From Candidatus Saccharimonadota bacterium (lineage in GTDB: Bacteria > Pseudomonadota > Gammaproteobacteria > Enterobacterales > Enterobacteriaceae): 32,000 nt of DNA. The stretch is taken from contig CP145872.1 of assembly GCA_041941795.1 (NCBI GenBank), positions 60,001 to 92,000 of the forward strand, read 5' to 3'. A program made the translations under genes and the position numbers. Positions within the stretch are counted from its first letter, which is position 1; the number at the start of each line of letters is the position of its first letter. The notes under the pieces were generated by a model. It had not been told where the DNA came from. It saw only the letters and a list, made by a program, of their open reading frames with translations, and did not search any database. Below are positions 19,092 through 31,303 of this stretch, in pieces.

Positions 19092-19472
19092 GTGAAAAGA
19101 CAAAGAAGACCGGTAAATTTAAATCTTACCACCCTGCAATTTCCTATAACTGCTATTACATCGATTCTTCACCGATTATCTGGTATAATTAACCTAATTA
19201 TAGTAGGAATTATCCTGAGAATGCTTGATGTTTCATTATCATCCACCGCCGGATTTTTACAGGTCCAGAGTTGGATAAAGAATATGTTTTTCAAATTGAT
19301 CATGTGGAAATTGTTAACTATCCTTTTTTATCATATTATTGCCGGTGTTAGACACATATTGATGGATTTCGGAATCATTGATGATAATTATCAGACGGGT
19401 AGATTTTCCGCGCAATTAGTCTTTATTTTTACCATTCTTATATCAATAATCACGGGATTAATTATATGGTAA
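19092..19472 (+). CDS. sdhC: Succinate dehydrogenase cytochrome b556 subunit
   Basis: GTG start, with in-frame stops immediately upstream. KRQRRPVNLNLTTLQFPITAITSILHRLSG matches E. coli KKQRPVNLDLQTIRFPITAIASILHRVSG. Confidence 0.93.
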   Translation: MKRQRRPVNLNLTTLQFPITAITSILHRLSGIINLIIVGIILRMLDVSLSSTAGFLQVQSWIKNMFFKLIMWKLLTILFYHIIAGVRHILMDFGIIDDNYQTGRFSAQLVFIFTILISIITGLIIW

Positions 19473-19801
19473 GAAGAATGAAGGGAATATATTCTTGGAT
19501 CTTGTTGCGAGTTTCGGCCATGCTGATAGCCTTCTACATCCTCTATCTAATAATTTTCTGGTTTGGCAATGTAGAAAAAATGAATTATGTCATTTGGAGA
19601 GATTTCTTTGCTTCGGCAAGGACAAAATGGTTCACATCATTAACTTTATTATCTATTCTAGTTCATGGGGTCATTGGTATCTGGCAAGTGTTAACTGATT
19701 ATGTCCAGTTACGGTCAATCCGTATAATATTACAATTAGTAAACTTTATAGTCCTATTAGGATATGTGGTGTATGGAATACTAGTAGTCTGGAGTGTATA
19801 A
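19466..19801 (+). CDS. sdhD: Succinate dehydrogenase hydrophobic anchor subunit
   Basis: 111 aa. [11 protein letters not shown] matches E. coli [11 protein letters not shown]. It overlaps the sdhC stop by 7 nt. Confidence 0.93.
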   Translation: MVRRMKGIYSWILLRVSAMLIAFYILYLIIFWFGNVEKMNYVIWRDFFASARTKWFTSLTLLSILVHGVIGIWQVLTDYVQLRSIRIILQLVNFIVLLGYVVYGILVVWSV

Positions 19802-19803
19802 TA

Positions 19804-21576
19804 ATGCATTTTACAGTTAAAGAATTTGATACCATTGTTATCGGAGGAGGCGGAGCAGGAATGAGAGCTGCGTTACAGATTACCAAAAACGGTGATAATA
19901 ATTGTGCTCTGTTGTCTAAAGTCTTTCCTACTCGTTCCCATACAGTCTCTGCACAAGGAGGAATAACCGTTGCTTTAGGAAATAACCATATTGATAATTG
20001 GGAATGGCATATGTACGATACTGTCAAAGGTTCTGACTATCTGGGCGATCAAGATGCTATTGAATATATGTGTAAAAATGGTCCCGAAGTTATTTTAGAA
20101 TTAGAACATATGGGACTTCCATTTTCCAGAAATCCAAATGGTAAAATATATCAACGACCATTTGGCGGACAAACCATAAATTTTGGGTCAGAACAAGCTG
20201 CGCGGACCGCAGCTGCCTCCGATCGTACTGGGCATGCATTATTACACACTCTGTATCAGCAAAACATCAAAAATAATACTTCCATTTTTTCCGAATGGTA
20301 TGCTCTAGATTTAGTCAAAAATCAGGATGGTAGTATTGTGGGATGTACTGCTTTATGCATCGAAACGGGGGAAATAGTGTATTTTAAATCTCGTGCTACT
20401 ATTTTAGCTACTGGAGGCGCGGGAAGAATTTATCAGTCGACAACTAATGCCCATATTAATACTGGAGATGGAATTGGAATGGCGATTCGCGCCGGGGTCC
20501 CGGTTCAAGATATGGAAATGTGGCAGTTTCATCCTACCGGAATTGCGGGATCGGGAATATTAATTACGGAGGCGTGTCGAGGTGAGGGAGGATATTTGTT
20601 TAATAGAAATGGTGAACGTTTTATGGAATTTTATGCCCCCCAGGCTAAGGATTTAGCGAGTCGTGATGTGATATCACGTGCTATAATGATGGAAATCCGA
20701 GAACAACGAGGTTATGAAGAAAGTTTATGGGGGCCACATGTAAAATTAAAATTAGATCATTTAGAAAGAGAAATAATTGAGAATCGTTTACCCGGGATCC
20801 TTGAACTGTCCCGTACTTTTGCTCACGTAGATCCTACTAAAGAACCCATTCCAGTGTTACCTACATGCCATTACATGATGGGAGGGATCCCCACTAAAAT
20901 TACCGGTCAAGTTATCACTGTTAATGAAAAAGGTGAAGATGTTATTATTCCGGGACTTTTTGCAGTAGGAGAAATTGCCTGCGTATCCGTACATGGTGCC
21001 AATCGTCTAGGTGGGAATTCCTTACTTGATATAGTGGTATTTGGTCGTGCCGTAGGTTTGCATCTACGTAAATTTATTCAAGAACCAGGCCCAATTCGTC
21101 CCGCTTCTAGTGAAGAAATTTTATGTTCCTTAGAAAGATTAAAACGCTGGGAGCATAATAAAGGTAAAGAAGATCCCGTAGCTATCCGGAAAATATTACA
21201 ATCTTGTATGCAACATCATTTTTCGGTGTTTCGGGAAGGAAAAAACATGGAAAAAGGGTTGGAAAAATTAAGAGGAATTCGTGAACGTTTGCAATACGCT
21301 TCTTTTCAAGATAATTCTAAAAGTTTTAATACTCATCGGGTAGAATGTCTAGAATTAGATAATTTGATGGAAACTGCTTATATCACGGCTTTGTCGGCAA
21401 TTTTTCGTACTGAAAGTAGAGGAGCACATAGTCGTTATGATTATCCTGAGAGAGATGACCACCATTGGTTATCTCATAGCTTATATCTTCCGCAAAAACA
21501 ATGCATGATGCGACGCAAAGTGAACATGCAACCTCAATTTCGTGAATGCTTCCCTCCCAAAGTACGGAGCTATTGA
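19804..21576 (+). CDS. sdhA: Succinate dehydrogenase flavoprotein subunit
   Basis: 590 aa versus 588 aa in E. coli. FAD-binding [16 protein letters not shown] (covalent-FAD His) and [13 protein letters not shown] are present. Confidence 0.97.
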   Translation: MHFTVKEFDTIVIGGGGAGMRAALQITKNGDNNCALLSKVFPTRSHTVSAQGGITVALGNNHIDNWEWHMYDTVKGSDYLGDQDAIEYMCKNGPEVILELEHMGLPFSRNPNGKIYQRPFGGQTINFGSEQAARTAAASDRTGHALLHTLYQQNIKNNTSIFSEWYALDLVKNQDGSIVGCTALCIETGEIVYFKSRATILATGGAGRIYQSTTNAHINTGDGIGMAIRAGVPVQDMEMWQFHPTGIAGSGILITEACRGEGGYLFNRNGERFMEFYAPQAKDLASRDVISRAIMMEIREQRGYEESLWGPHVKLKLDHLEREIIENRLPGILELSRTFAHVDPTKEPIPVLPTCHYMMGGIPTKITGQVITVNEKGEDVIIPGLFAVGEIACVSVHGANRLGGNSLLDIVVFGRAVGLHLRKFIQEPGPIRPASSEEILCSLERLKRWEHNKGKEDPVAIRKILQSCMQHHFSVFREGKNMEKGLEKLRGIRERLQYASFQDNSKSFNTHRVECLELDNLMETAYITALSAIFRTESRGAHSRYDYPERDDHHWLSHSLYLPQKQCMMRRKVNMQPQFRECFPPKVRSY

Positions 21577-21598
21577 TAGAGATGGAGCACTAGACAAA

Positions 21599-22312
21599 AT
21601 GAACTTAAAATTTTCTATTTATCGCTATAACTCAGAAACTGATCAACCGCCCAGAATGCAAGATTATATTTTAAGGATAGATGAGTGTCGTCATGATATG
21701 GTGCTGTTAGATGCCCTGTTACTTATAAAAGAACAAGATCCTACGCTATCTTTTCGTAGATCTTGTAGGGAAGGAGTCTGTGGATCTGATGGTTTAAATA
21801 TTAATGGAAAAAATGGTTTAGCTTGTATAACTCCTATTTCTTCTCTCCTGAGAAATAAGAAGCAAATTATTGTCCGACCTTTACCAGGCCTCCCAGTAAT
21901 ACGGGATCTTATTGTGGATCTGGATATATTTTACCGTCAGTATAAAAAAATTAAACCTTACCTGTTAAATGATACAGTTCCCGTCCGCGAATATTTGCAA
22001 ACTCCTAACCAACGTGAAAAGTTAAATGGTTTATATGAATGTATTTTATGTGCTTGTTGTTCTACAGCATGTCCTTCATTTTGGTGGAATCCTGACAAAT
22101 TCATCGGTCCCGCTGGATTATTAACAGCTTATCGTTTTTTGGTAGATAATAGAGATAAGGCCATGGAAAAAAGATTGGAAGATCTTAATGATGCTTTTAG
22201 TGTATTTCGTTGTCATAGTATTATGAATTGTCTAAATGTGTGTCCTAAGAAATTAAATCCTACACGAGCTATTAATAATATTAAGTTAATGTTATTAAAA
22301 AGAACTCTTTAA
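21599..22312 (+). CDS. sdhB: Succinate dehydrogenase iron-sulfur subunit
   Basis: Start ATG 21599 (MNLKFSIYRYN, compare E. coli MRLEFSIYRYN) gives 237 aa. All three Fe-S cysteine clusters are present (CREGVCGSDG, CILCACCSTACPS, CHSIMNCLNVCP). The track ORF from 21542 overlaps sdhA. Confidence 0.95.
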   Translation: MNLKFSIYRYNSETDQPPRMQDYILRIDECRHDMVLLDALLLIKEQDPTLSFRRSCREGVCGSDGLNINGKNGLACITPISSLLRNKKQIIVRPLPGLPVIRDLIVDLDIFYRQYKKIKPYLLNDTVPVREYLQTPNQREKLNGLYECILCACCSTACPSFWWNPDKFIGPAGLLTAYRFLVDNRDKAMEKRLEDLNDAFSVFRCHSIMNCLNVCPKKLNPTRAINNIKLMLLKRTL

Positions 22313-22396
22313 TTTTATTAAGTTACATGTTATTGATTTTGAATTTAGGAGACACCACAACACACAATAGTATGTTAATTAAGGTATGGAAAAATA

Positions 22397-25174
22397 ATGC
22401 ACAACAGTGCGATGAAAAACTGGCTTGAAACTTCTTGGATGGCAGGAGATAACAAGTTATGGATAGAGCATCTCTATAATAATTTTTTAATAGATTCTCA
22501 TTCGGTAGACCCGACATGGTTTTCGGTATTTAAGAACATTTCTACTTTAAAAGATCTGAATCAGGGGTTACCAAAAAATCACGAGCATAATATTAATGTA
22601 CCTACACAGATAAGATTAATTCAATTAATTGACTCCTTTCGATACCATGGTCACCAGCAAGCTAATTTAGATCCGCTAGGATTATGGAGACCAGACGACA
22701 TCGTCCCTAATAATCTTGATTCCCAATTTTATAATCTCACTGAGGACGATGCTCATACATGGTTCAATGTAGACGATTTTACTTTTAACCAATATAAAGC
22801 TATGACGGGAGCCGAGATTTACGAGACCCTGAAAAAAACATACTGTGGATCTATTGGGATTGAATATATGCATCTATCCAATCTAAAGGAAAAAATGTGG
22901 ATTCAGCACTATATTGAATCTTCAGGAGGCGCGAGAATTTTTACTCCGAGGGAAAAGATAATGTTTCTCCAAGATCTCACTTCTGCTGAAGGCATAGAAC
23001 TATATTTAGGTAATAAATTTCCCGGATCAAAACGTTTTTCCCTCGAAGGAGGTGATTCATTATTACCAATGATGAAAGAAATAGTACGTTATGCTGCGAA
23101 ACGATGCATAAGTGATATAGTTTTTGGTATGGCGCACCGCGGACGTCTTAATGCACTTGTAAATATTTTTGGCAAAAAAACTAAAGATTTATTAGATGAA
23201 TTTGGAGGTGGAAAAAATAAATTTTATGGGAGTGGAGATGTTAAATATCACATGGGTTATACCTCGAATATCAAGACCAAAAATGGTAGAAAAATTCATC
23301 TCGTTTTGAAATGTAATCCGTCTCACCTAGAAATTATTAATCCCGTAGTTATGGGTTCCGTCCGGGCACTATTAGATAGAATTAATGAAAAAAGAGATCT
23401 TTATCCAGTATTGCCCATTACTATTCATGGTGATGCAGCGATCATAGGACAAGGCATAATGCAAGAAACTTTAAATATGTCAAAACTGCGAGGTTATGAA
23501 GTAGGTGGAACAATCAGGATAGTGATAAATAATCAAATTGGATTTACTACCTCAGTGAAAGAAGGCCGAACTAGCCAGTACTGTACTGATATTGGCAAAA
23601 TGATACAAGCGCCGATATTACATGTTAATGCGGATGATATAGAAGCCAGTATTTTCGCTACTCGGTTAGCGTTAAATTACCGTACTCTCTTTAAGAGAGA
23701 TGTATTTATAGATTTAGTATGTTATCGACGTCATGGACATAATGAGGCTGATGAACCTCGTGCTACTCAGCCTGTTATGTATCAAATTATCCAGAATCAT
23801 CCTACCAGTCGGAAAATTTATGTTGATAAATTAATTCAGGAACAAGTAATTAGCAGAAAAGAAGCTCAGAATATGCTCGATCAATATCGTGCCTCGTTAG
23901 AGCAAGGGGAATGCGTAGTTGCTGAGATCTGTAAGGACAAGAAGATCGTCCAAAATCATCCATTTTTCCATCAGGAAGAACTGGATAATGAAGAAAAAAA
24001 CTTAGAACTTGATATCATGAAGTTAAAAACACTGGCCAAATGCATTACTTTAGTCCCTAACTATATCAAGATGCATCCCAGGGTTGCAAAAATATACCAG
24101 GCTCGTTCTGAAATGGCAGAGGATCAGAGACCTTTTGATTGGAGTACCGCCGAAAATCTTGCATATGCAACATTAGTAGATAAGGGAATTGATATCCGCA
24201 TAACAGGGGAAGATGTAGGAAGAGGTACTTTTTTTCAGCGTCATGCAGTTATTCATAATCAAATTAATGATAACACTTATATACCCTTACAACATATTCA
24301 TCCTCAACAAGGGGACTTCAAAATTTGGAACTCAGTACTTTCAGAAGAAGCTGCTTTAGCATTTGAATATGGATACGCAGCTACAAATCCTAACCATTTA
24401 ACTATCTGGGAAGCACAATTTGGCGATTTTGCTAATGGTGCTCAAGTAGTCATCGATCAATTCATTAGTTCTGGGGAGCAAAAGTGGGGACAAAGGTGTG
24501 GTTTAGTAATGTTATTACCTCATGGATATGAGGGTCAAGGTCCGGAACATTCCTCTGCTCGTCTCGAACGTTATCTTCAGTTATGTGCAGAACAAAATAT
24601 GCAGGTTTGTATACCTACTACACCGGCACAAATATATAACCTACTGTGTCGGCAAGCATTATTATGCTCTATACGACCATTAATTATCATGTCTCCTAAA
24701 TCACTACTTCGCCATCCTCTAGCCACTTCTGCCTTGAATGAATTAGCACAGGGAAAATTTAAACTAGCTATTGACGAAGTAGAAAAATCAATAATACCCT
24801 CGAATGTGAAACGAATTATTTTATGTTGCGGAAAAATATACTATGACTTAGTAGAACAACGTCGTAAAAACAAACAATTAGATATTGTTATCATTCGAAT
24901 CGAACAACTATATCCTTTTCCTAAAAAAATAGTGCAAAGAATATTGCAAAATTATTTGCAGGTACGTGATTTTGTATGGTGTCAGGAAGAACCCCTCAAT
25001 CAAGGATCCTGGTCTTATATTCAACCATATATCCAGGAGGTGATTGGCTTGGGATCTTTCTGCAAATATGCTGGTCGTGTCGCTTCTGCTTCGCCCGCTG
25101 TAGGTTATATGTATGTCCATCAACAACAGCAACAAGCAGTTCTTAATAAAGCACTGAGTATAGATTATGATTAA
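22397..25174 (+). CDS. sucA: 2-oxoglutarate dehydrogenase E1 component
   Basis: 925 aa versus 933 aa in E. coli, collinear throughout (MHNSAMKNWLETSW.., HGDAAIIGQG, LLPHGYEGQGPEHSSARLERYLQLCAEQNMQVC). Confidence 0.97.
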   Translation: MHNSAMKNWLETSWMAGDNKLWIEHLYNNFLIDSHSVDPTWFSVFKNISTLKDLNQGLPKNHEHNINVPTQIRLIQLIDSFRYHGHQQANLDPLGLWRPDDIVPNNLDSQFYNLTEDDAHTWFNVDDFTFNQYKAMTGAEIYETLKKTYCGSIGIEYMHLSNLKEKMWIQHYIESSGGARIFTPREKIMFLQDLTSAEGIELYLGNKFPGSKRFSLEGGDSLLPMMKEIVRYAAKRCISDIVFGMAHRGRLNALVNIFGKKTKDLLDEFGGGKNKFYGSGDVKYHMGYTSNIKTKNGRKIHLVLKCNPSHLEIINPVVMGSVRALLDRINEKRDLYPVLPITIHGDAAIIGQGIMQETLNMSKLRGYEVGGTIRIVINNQIGFTTSVKEGRTSQYCTDIGKMIQAPILHVNADDIEASIFATRLALNYRTLFKRDVFIDLVCYRRHGHNEADEPRATQPVMYQIIQNHPTSRKIYVDKLIQEQVISRKEAQNMLDQYRASLEQGECVVAEICKDKKIVQNHPFFHQEELDNEEKNLELDIMKLKTLAKCITLVPNYIKMHPRVAKIYQARSEMAEDQRPFDWSTAENLAYATLVDKGIDIRITGEDVGRGTFFQRHAVIHNQINDNTYIPLQHIHPQQGDFKIWNSVLSEEAALAFEYGYAATNPNHLTIWEAQFGDFANGAQVVIDQFISSGEQKWGQRCGLVMLLPHGYEGQGPEHSSARLERYLQLCAEQNMQVCIPTTPAQIYNLLCRQALLCSIRPLIIMSPKSLLRHPLATSALNELAQGKFKLAIDEVEKSIIPSNVKRIILCCGKIYYDLVEQRRKNKQLDIVIIRIEQLYPFPKKIVQRILQNYLQVRDFVWCQEEPLNQGSWSYIQPYIQEVIGLGSFCKYAGRVASASPAVGYMYVHQQQQQAVLNKALSIDYD

Positions 25175-25198
25175 TTTTAAAAAAGGATAGATATATTT

Positions 25199-26419
25199 AT
25201 GAGTAACCACGATATTATCGTACCAGATCTACCTGAATCTGTAGCCGATGCAGTAGTATTATCCTGGCATAAACAACCGGGGGATTTATTTAAGTGTAAT
25301 GATGTTTTAGTAGAAATTGAAACTGATAAGGTAATTCTCGAAGTCCCTGCTACTGTGGACGGAATATTAGTGTCCATCTTGAAAGATAAGGGTTCTCTAG
25401 TTACCTCTAAAGAGGTGCTTGGACATTTTAAATTAAAAAATGAACAATTGTCCTCCTCGACGCATCCCTCGTCTGAAGGGGATAAATCGAAATTATCAAG
25501 ATTAAATTATGATCCTCTTCCCCCCCCGCAAAGTACTCAAACTAAAGATGTGAGTCCCACGGTGAGGAGATTATTGGCTGAACACAATAATCATTTACAG
25601 AAGAACTCGATAATTAAAGGAAGTGGTGTAGGGGGACGTATAACACGTATAGATATCCAGAATTCTCTCGATCAGAAAAAAAATCAGCACCCTGAAAGGT
25701 CAAACATGAGGAGGGAACAAAAAACTGACAAACGAGTACCAATGACACGGTTACGTAAACGTATTGCAGAGCGTTTATTAGAAACTAAAAATAATACTGC
25801 TATGTTAACTACTTTTAATGAGGTTAACATGAAAAAAATCATAGATTTACGTAGTAAATATGGTGAAAAATTCAAGCAAATTCATGGCATTCGTTTAGGG
25901 TTTATGTCTTTTTACGTTAAAGCAGTCATCGCAGCATTAAAAAAATTTCCCGAATTAAATGCGTATATTGATGGCGAGGAAGTAGTATATCACGATTATT
26001 TTGATATAAGTATTGCAATATCTACCCCACGAGGATTAGTAACTCCAGTACTACATAACGTAGATCTAATGAGTATTGCAGATATAGAGAAAAAAATTAA
26101 AGTTCTGGCTGTTAAAGGTCAAGAAGGTAAATTAACGGTAGATGAAATTACAGGAGGAAATTTTACCATTACTAATGGAGGAATCTTCGGTTCGTTAATA
26201 TCTACTCCTATTATTAATCCACCACAAATTGGTATTCTAGGTATGCATGCGGTCAAAGATCGTCCTATGGCTGTAAACGGCAACATTATAATTTTACCCA
26301 TGATGTATCTAGCGCTTTCTTATGATCATCGTTTAATTGACGGTCGAGAGGCAGTAAGTTCTTTAGTTACTATTAAAGAAATCATCGAAGATCCTACTCG
26401 TTTAATACTCGAGGTGTAA
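25199..26419 (+). CDS. sucB: Dihydrolipoyllysine-residue succinyltransferase (E2o)
   Basis: 406 aa. Lipoyl-attachment motif [12 protein letters not shown] and catalytic motif [12 protein letters not shown] are present. Confidence 0.97.
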   Translation: MSNHDIIVPDLPESVADAVVLSWHKQPGDLFKCNDVLVEIETDKVILEVPATVDGILVSILKDKGSLVTSKEVLGHFKLKNEQLSSSTHPSSEGDKSKLSRLNYDPLPPPQSTQTKDVSPTVRRLLAEHNNHLQKNSIIKGSGVGGRITRIDIQNSLDQKKNQHPERSNMRREQKTDKRVPMTRLRKRIAERLLETKNNTAMLTTFNEVNMKKIIDLRSKYGEKFKQIHGIRLGFMSFYVKAVIAALKKFPELNAYIDGEEVVYHDYFDISIAISTPRGLVTPVLHNVDLMSIADIEKKIKVLAVKGQEGKLTVDEITGGNFTITNGGIFGSLISTPIINPPQIGILGMHAVKDRPMAVNGNIIILPMMYLALSYDHRLIDGREAVSSLVTIKEIIEDPTRLILEV

Positions 26420-26424
26420 TTTAC

Positions 26425-27633
26425 ATGAAATTACATGAATATCAGTCTAAGCAAATATTAGCAAAATATGGATTACCAATACCAGCAGGAGGATATATTT
26501 GTAGTGACTCTGCTGAGGTAGAGAAAGTAGTAGTTAGAATGGGACCTCCATGGGTAGCCAAATGTCAAGTACATGCGGGAGGTCGTGGAAAATCAGGAGG
26601 AGTAAAAATTATACAGGATAAGGAAAATCTCCGTAGTTTTGTAAAATATTGGATCGGAAATCGTTTAGTCACCTTTCAAACGAATAAACGTGGTCTTCCC
26701 GTTAATAAAATTCTCATTGAAGCGTTAACTACTATTACTCAAGAACTTTATTTATCAATGGTGATAGATCGTAGTAGTTGTAATATTATCTTTATAGCTT
26801 CTCGGGCAGGAGGAGTAAATATTGAAAACCGAGTTTTACAAGACCAGAATATAATCCATAAGGATATCATAGATCCTCGTATAGGGCCACAATTATTTCA
26901 AGGACGAACTATGGCATTTAAACTGGGACTAGATGGAGAGCTAGGATCTAAATTTACCAAAATTTTTTTAGGATTATCAAATTTATTTATCAAATATGAT
27001 TTATTATTAGCAGAAATAAATCCTTTAGCAGTTACTCACACTGGAGATCTAATCTGTTTAGATGCTAAATTGAGGGTAGATGAAAATGCTCTATTTAGAC
27101 AACCAGAACTCTTGAAAATGAAAGATTCTTCTCAGGAAGAACCCTTGGAAGCATATGCTACAGAATGTGGTCTGAATTATGTATCACTCCAGGGAAATAT
27201 AGGATGTATGGTCAATGGTGCCGGTTTAGCTATGGCAACTATGGATATCATCCAGTTTTATGGAGGAAAACCAGCTAATTTTCTGGATGTGGGTGGAGGA
27301 GTGACTCAAGAGAGAGTCATCGAAGCTTTCAAGATAATTATTAATGATGCTCAAGTTAAAGCAATTCTGGTAAATATTTTTGGTGGTATTGTTAGTTGTG
27401 ATCTAATTGCAGAAGGCATTATAAGATCTATGTTAAAGTTTCATATCCAAGTACCAGTTATAGTCCGTTTAGAAGGCAATAATGCGGATCGAGGATCCCA
27501 GAAACTTTCCCTTTTCTCCCTGGCGAAGAACAAAAAGCATAAAATTTTAGTTGCTCATAGTTTACAAGAAGCGGCACAATTAGTAGTGACGTCAACTCAG
27601 AATGAGAAGAAAAATCATGTCCATTTTAATTAA
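26425..27633 (+). CDS. sucC: Succinyl-CoA synthetase beta subunit
   Basis: Collinear with E. coli SucC (MxLHEYQxKQ, [16 protein letters not shown], [13 protein letters not shown]). At 402 aa it is about 14 residues longer than E. coli (388 aa), and its 3' end overlaps sucD by 17 nt. Confidence 0.96.
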   Translation: MKLHEYQSKQILAKYGLPIPAGGYICSDSAEVEKVVVRMGPPWVAKCQVHAGGRGKSGGVKIIQDKENLRSFVKYWIGNRLVTFQTNKRGLPVNKILIEALTTITQELYLSMVIDRSSCNIIFIASRAGGVNIENRVLQDQNIIHKDIIDPRIGPQLFQGRTMAFKLGLDGELGSKFTKIFLGLSNLFIKYDLLLAEINPLAVTHTGDLICLDAKLRVDENALFRQPELLKMKDSSQEEPLEAYATECGLNYVSLQGNIGCMVNGAGLAMATMDIIQFYGGKPANFLDVGGGVTQERVIEAFKIIINDAQVKAILVNIFGGIVSCDLIAEGIIRSMLKFHIQVPVIVRLEGNNADRGSQKLSLFSLAKNKKHKILVAHSLQEAAQLVVTSTQNEKKNHVHFN

Positions 27634-28486
27634 TAAAAATACTAAGGTCATATGTCAGGGCATCACGGGTATTCAAGGTACTATTCATTCTGCACATTCG
27701 TTATCTTATGGAACTAAAATTACTGCGGGTGTTACCCCAGGTAAGGGAGGACAAGTTCATATAGGTGTACCTGTATTTAACACTGTTAGGGAAGCTGTGG
27801 AAGAGACCGGAGCAACAACATCGGTAATTTTTGTGCCTGCACCCTTTTGTAAGGATAGCATTTTAGAAGCTATTGAAGCAGGTATTATGCTAATTGTTAC
27901 CATTACGGAAGGAATGCCCACGCAAGACATGCTGCTCATAAAAATAAGATTAAATGAAACCGGGGTCTGTATGATTGGTCCAAATTGTCCTGGAATAATT
28001 ACGCCTGGAGAATGTAAAATAGGAATTATGCCTACTCAAATTCACCATCCCGGACCAGTAGGCATAGTATCTCGTTCCGGAACATTAACTTATGAAGCGG
28101 TCAAGCAGACTAGTGATCTAGGATATGGACAATCTACTTGTGTTGGAATTGGTGGTGATCCTATATCAGGTACTAATTTTAAAGAAATTATAAAACTCTT
28201 TCAAGAGGATCGACAAACAAAAATAATAGTTTTAATTGGAGAAATCGGTGGAAGTGCAGAAGAAGAAGCATCATTATATATAAAAGAACACGTTACAAAA
28301 CCAGTAGTAGCATATATAGCTGGTCTTTCCGCTCCTCAAGGAAAACGTATGGGACATGCCGGAGCGATTATTGCGCATGGTGAGGAAACAGCGGAGAAAA
28401 AATTGGATCAACTGAAAAGTGCTGGTGTTACTACAGTCCGCAACCTTACTCAAATAGGTGAAGCCGTTAAACGACTTTTAACTTGA
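27617..28486 (+). CDS. sucD: Succinyl-CoA synthetase alpha subunit
   Basis: ATG 27617 gives [18 protein letters not shown] (E. coli [18 protein letters not shown]), 289 aa. The phosphohistidine loop MGHAGAII is present. Confidence 0.95.
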   Translation: MSILINKNTKVICQGITGIQGTIHSAHSLSYGTKITAGVTPGKGGQVHIGVPVFNTVREAVEETGATTSVIFVPAPFCKDSILEAIEAGIMLIVTITEGMPTQDMLLIKIRLNETGVCMIGPNCPGIITPGECKIGIMPTQIHHPGPVGIVSRSGTLTYEAVKQTSDLGYGQSTCVGIGGDPISGTNFKEIIKLFQEDRQTKIIVLIGEIGGSAEEEASLYIKEHVTKPVVAYIAGLSAPQGKRMGHAGAIIAHGEETAEKKLDQLKSAGVTTVRNLTQIGEAVKRLLT

Positions 28487-28510
28487 AGATTTCAAAAGAA
28501 AACAATCTCT

Positions 28511-28527
28511 CCCCCCCCCTTTTTTTA
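28511..28527. repeat. C9 immediately followed by T8 (compound homopolymer)
   Basis: Read directly, 25 nt downstream of the sucD stop. There is no complementary G-run nearby, so it is not a hairpin. Confidence 0.9.
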
Positions 28528-28640
28528 TTCTCAACTGCTCAGGATTCCACAATACTATTATTCTAGATTATCAGAAACATCCCTTATCTATTAAGTTAGT
28601 TGTTATTATCATTAATAATGAGCATCCTGACATTATTTTT

Positions 28641-28668
28641 ATAAAAAATTAATCACTGTAAGTCAGTG
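28641..28668 (-). terminator. Weak candidate intrinsic terminator after tRNA-Ala
   Basis: On the minus strand, CACTG-ACTTA-CAGTG (28668-28654) followed by ATTAATTTTTTAT. The stem is only 5 bp. Confidence 0.3.
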
Positions 28669-28674
28669 GTGTTG

Positions 28675-28750
28675 TGGTGGAGCTAAGCGGATTTGAACCG
28701 CTGGCCTCCTGCGTGCAAAACAGGCGCTCTACCAACTGAGCTATAGCCCC
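28675..28750 (-). tRNA. alaT: tRNA-Ala (anticodon UGC), CCA encoded
   Basis: The reverse complement GGGGCTATAGCTCAGTTGGTAGAGCGCCTGTTTTGCACGCAGGAGGCCAGCGGTTCAAATCCGCTTAGCTCCACCA is close to the E. coli rrn spacer tRNA-Ala. Confidence 0.93.
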
Positions 28751-28772
28751 TTAGTGATCTGATCATCGATAA

Positions 28773-28846
<74 letters not shown>

Positions 28847-28890
28847 AAGTCCTCATTTGGATATGCACTGAACGGAATGCTCGTTAATTT

Positions 28891-30440
<1,550 letters not shown>

Positions 30441-30596
30441 AATTTTATTACCCCATAAGATTTTTTATACTTAGTGAGGTAAGAACTCCAATCTATTCAT
30501 TCTATTAAAACTTTTAACAGAACTTATTTCACACTCCGTCAGTGCACATTCAAATTTTTTACTCACTTCCTTCTTGTCAAAGAAGTCACTCAGAAC

Positions 30597-30624
30597 AATA
30601 TACTATATTGTGAGTAGATAGCAA
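30597..30624 (-). promoter_or_regulatory. Candidate rrs promoter
   Basis: On the minus strand, TTGCTA (30624-30619), a 16-nt spacer, then TATATT (30602-30597), with AT-rich UP-like sequence upstream. It lies about 150 nt before the mature 16S 5' end. Motif match only. Confidence 0.25.
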
Positions 30625-30876
30625 GAATTTTAGGCAATTATATTATCTAACTAGATGCATAATAAGAGGACGTCTTCCTAAAAAATTGCAGAGAGCATAT
30701 TCTTTCAGATCTATTGAGAGTCTAAAAGTAAAAATACAAACTTGCCCGACTAAGAATTTTTACTCTCTCCATAGCAATACATTTGGCCGTTTTCGAGATC
30801 CTGTTGCACAACCGTTAATAATTTTACATACAGGCTTAATATACACGAGCATCTATTTTACGCTTTAAATTCATTA

Positions 30877-30889
30877 AATAGGCCTGAGT
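30877..30889 (-). repeat. 13-nt exact copy of the tRNA-Ile 3' end plus flank (AATAGGCCTGAGT)
   Basis: Identical to 28771-28783 and in the same orientation. The match stops abruptly on both sides. Confidence 0.5.
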
Positions 30890-30979
30890 ATCTTAGCTTC
30901 AGGAGGAATACACTATTACAGTAATTTTTCGGCATTTTTAATTAACTCAGAAGGATAGATGCCATCCTACTATTAGTTC

Positions 30980-31205
30980 TCACTGATTCAGCTCCATATT
31001 TTCATTCAGCACTAGTTTCCGAAGAAAATTCCGGGGGATAAAATAAATATTACGGCGATAATAATCGTGACCCCGGGCTTGATTATAACCCAGAAAGTTA
31101 TAGATGCTAGAAAGATGAATGGGTGGAACCACACTCCCATGGTGTTCATCTTTGTTTATAAAACCACTCCGTACTACCATAGTGCCTGGTTTGTTTGCAT
31201 TTCAT
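30980..31205 (-). pseudogene. metB: Cystathionine gamma-synthase relic (N-terminal ~70 codons only)
   Basis: VVRSGFINKDEHHGSVVPPIHLSSIYNFLGYNQARGHDYYRR matches E. coli MetB AVRSGLNDDEQYGCVVPPIHLSSTYNFTGFNEPRAHDYSRR. The likely original ATG at 31205 (MKCKQT, compare MTRKQAT) is out of frame with the rest. A stop falls at 30980, and the remaining ~900 nt of the gene are missing. Confidence 0.7.
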
Positions 31206-31303
31206 AATTCATAGTCCTTTTAAACCGTTTCCATATTATTATATATGGTCTTGATAGAGTTAAGCATCAAAGTTTTTATCAATACTTTTAATTCTATTTT
31301 TAT

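Noticed and set aside
17727-20027. Minus-strand ORFs 17727-17927, 17791-17976 and 19746-20027, and plus-strand ORF 19495-19698.
   Set aside because: They are antisense or out of frame inside ybgI, sdhD and sdhA.
22323-27939. Minus-strand ORFs 22323-22517, 22682-22873, 24908-25210, 25177-25377, 25684-25875, 26119-26301 and 27757-27939.
   Set aside because: All are antisense to sucA/B/C/D or span their junctions. They are shadow ORFs.
1539-28486. Longest-ORF starts from the track: cyoA TTG 1539, cyoD 5017, cspE TTG 6181, lipB TTG 8149, holA 9282, sdhB 21542, sucD 27602.
   Set aside because: In each case a downstream ATG aligns with the E. coli N-terminus and/or has a better SD. The extended versions overlap the preceding gene or add non-homologous residues.
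28487-28674. A remnant of the 23S rRNA 5' end or of a longer ITS downstream of tRNA-Ala.
   Set aside because: I saw no match to the conserved 23S 5' sequence (GGTTAAGCGACTAAGCGTACACGGTGGATGCC or its complement).
30575-30580. A consensus TTGACA on the minus strand as the rrs promoter -35 element.
   Set aside because: No acceptable -10 hexamer lies at 16-18 nt spacing. The TTGCTA-N16-TATATT candidate further upstream is listed instead, at low confidence.
30686-30868. The 60-aa plus-strand ORF upstream of the 16S gene.
   Set aside because: It has a non-ATG (TTG) start, no SD and no homology, and it lies in the rrs leader/promoter and metB-decay region.
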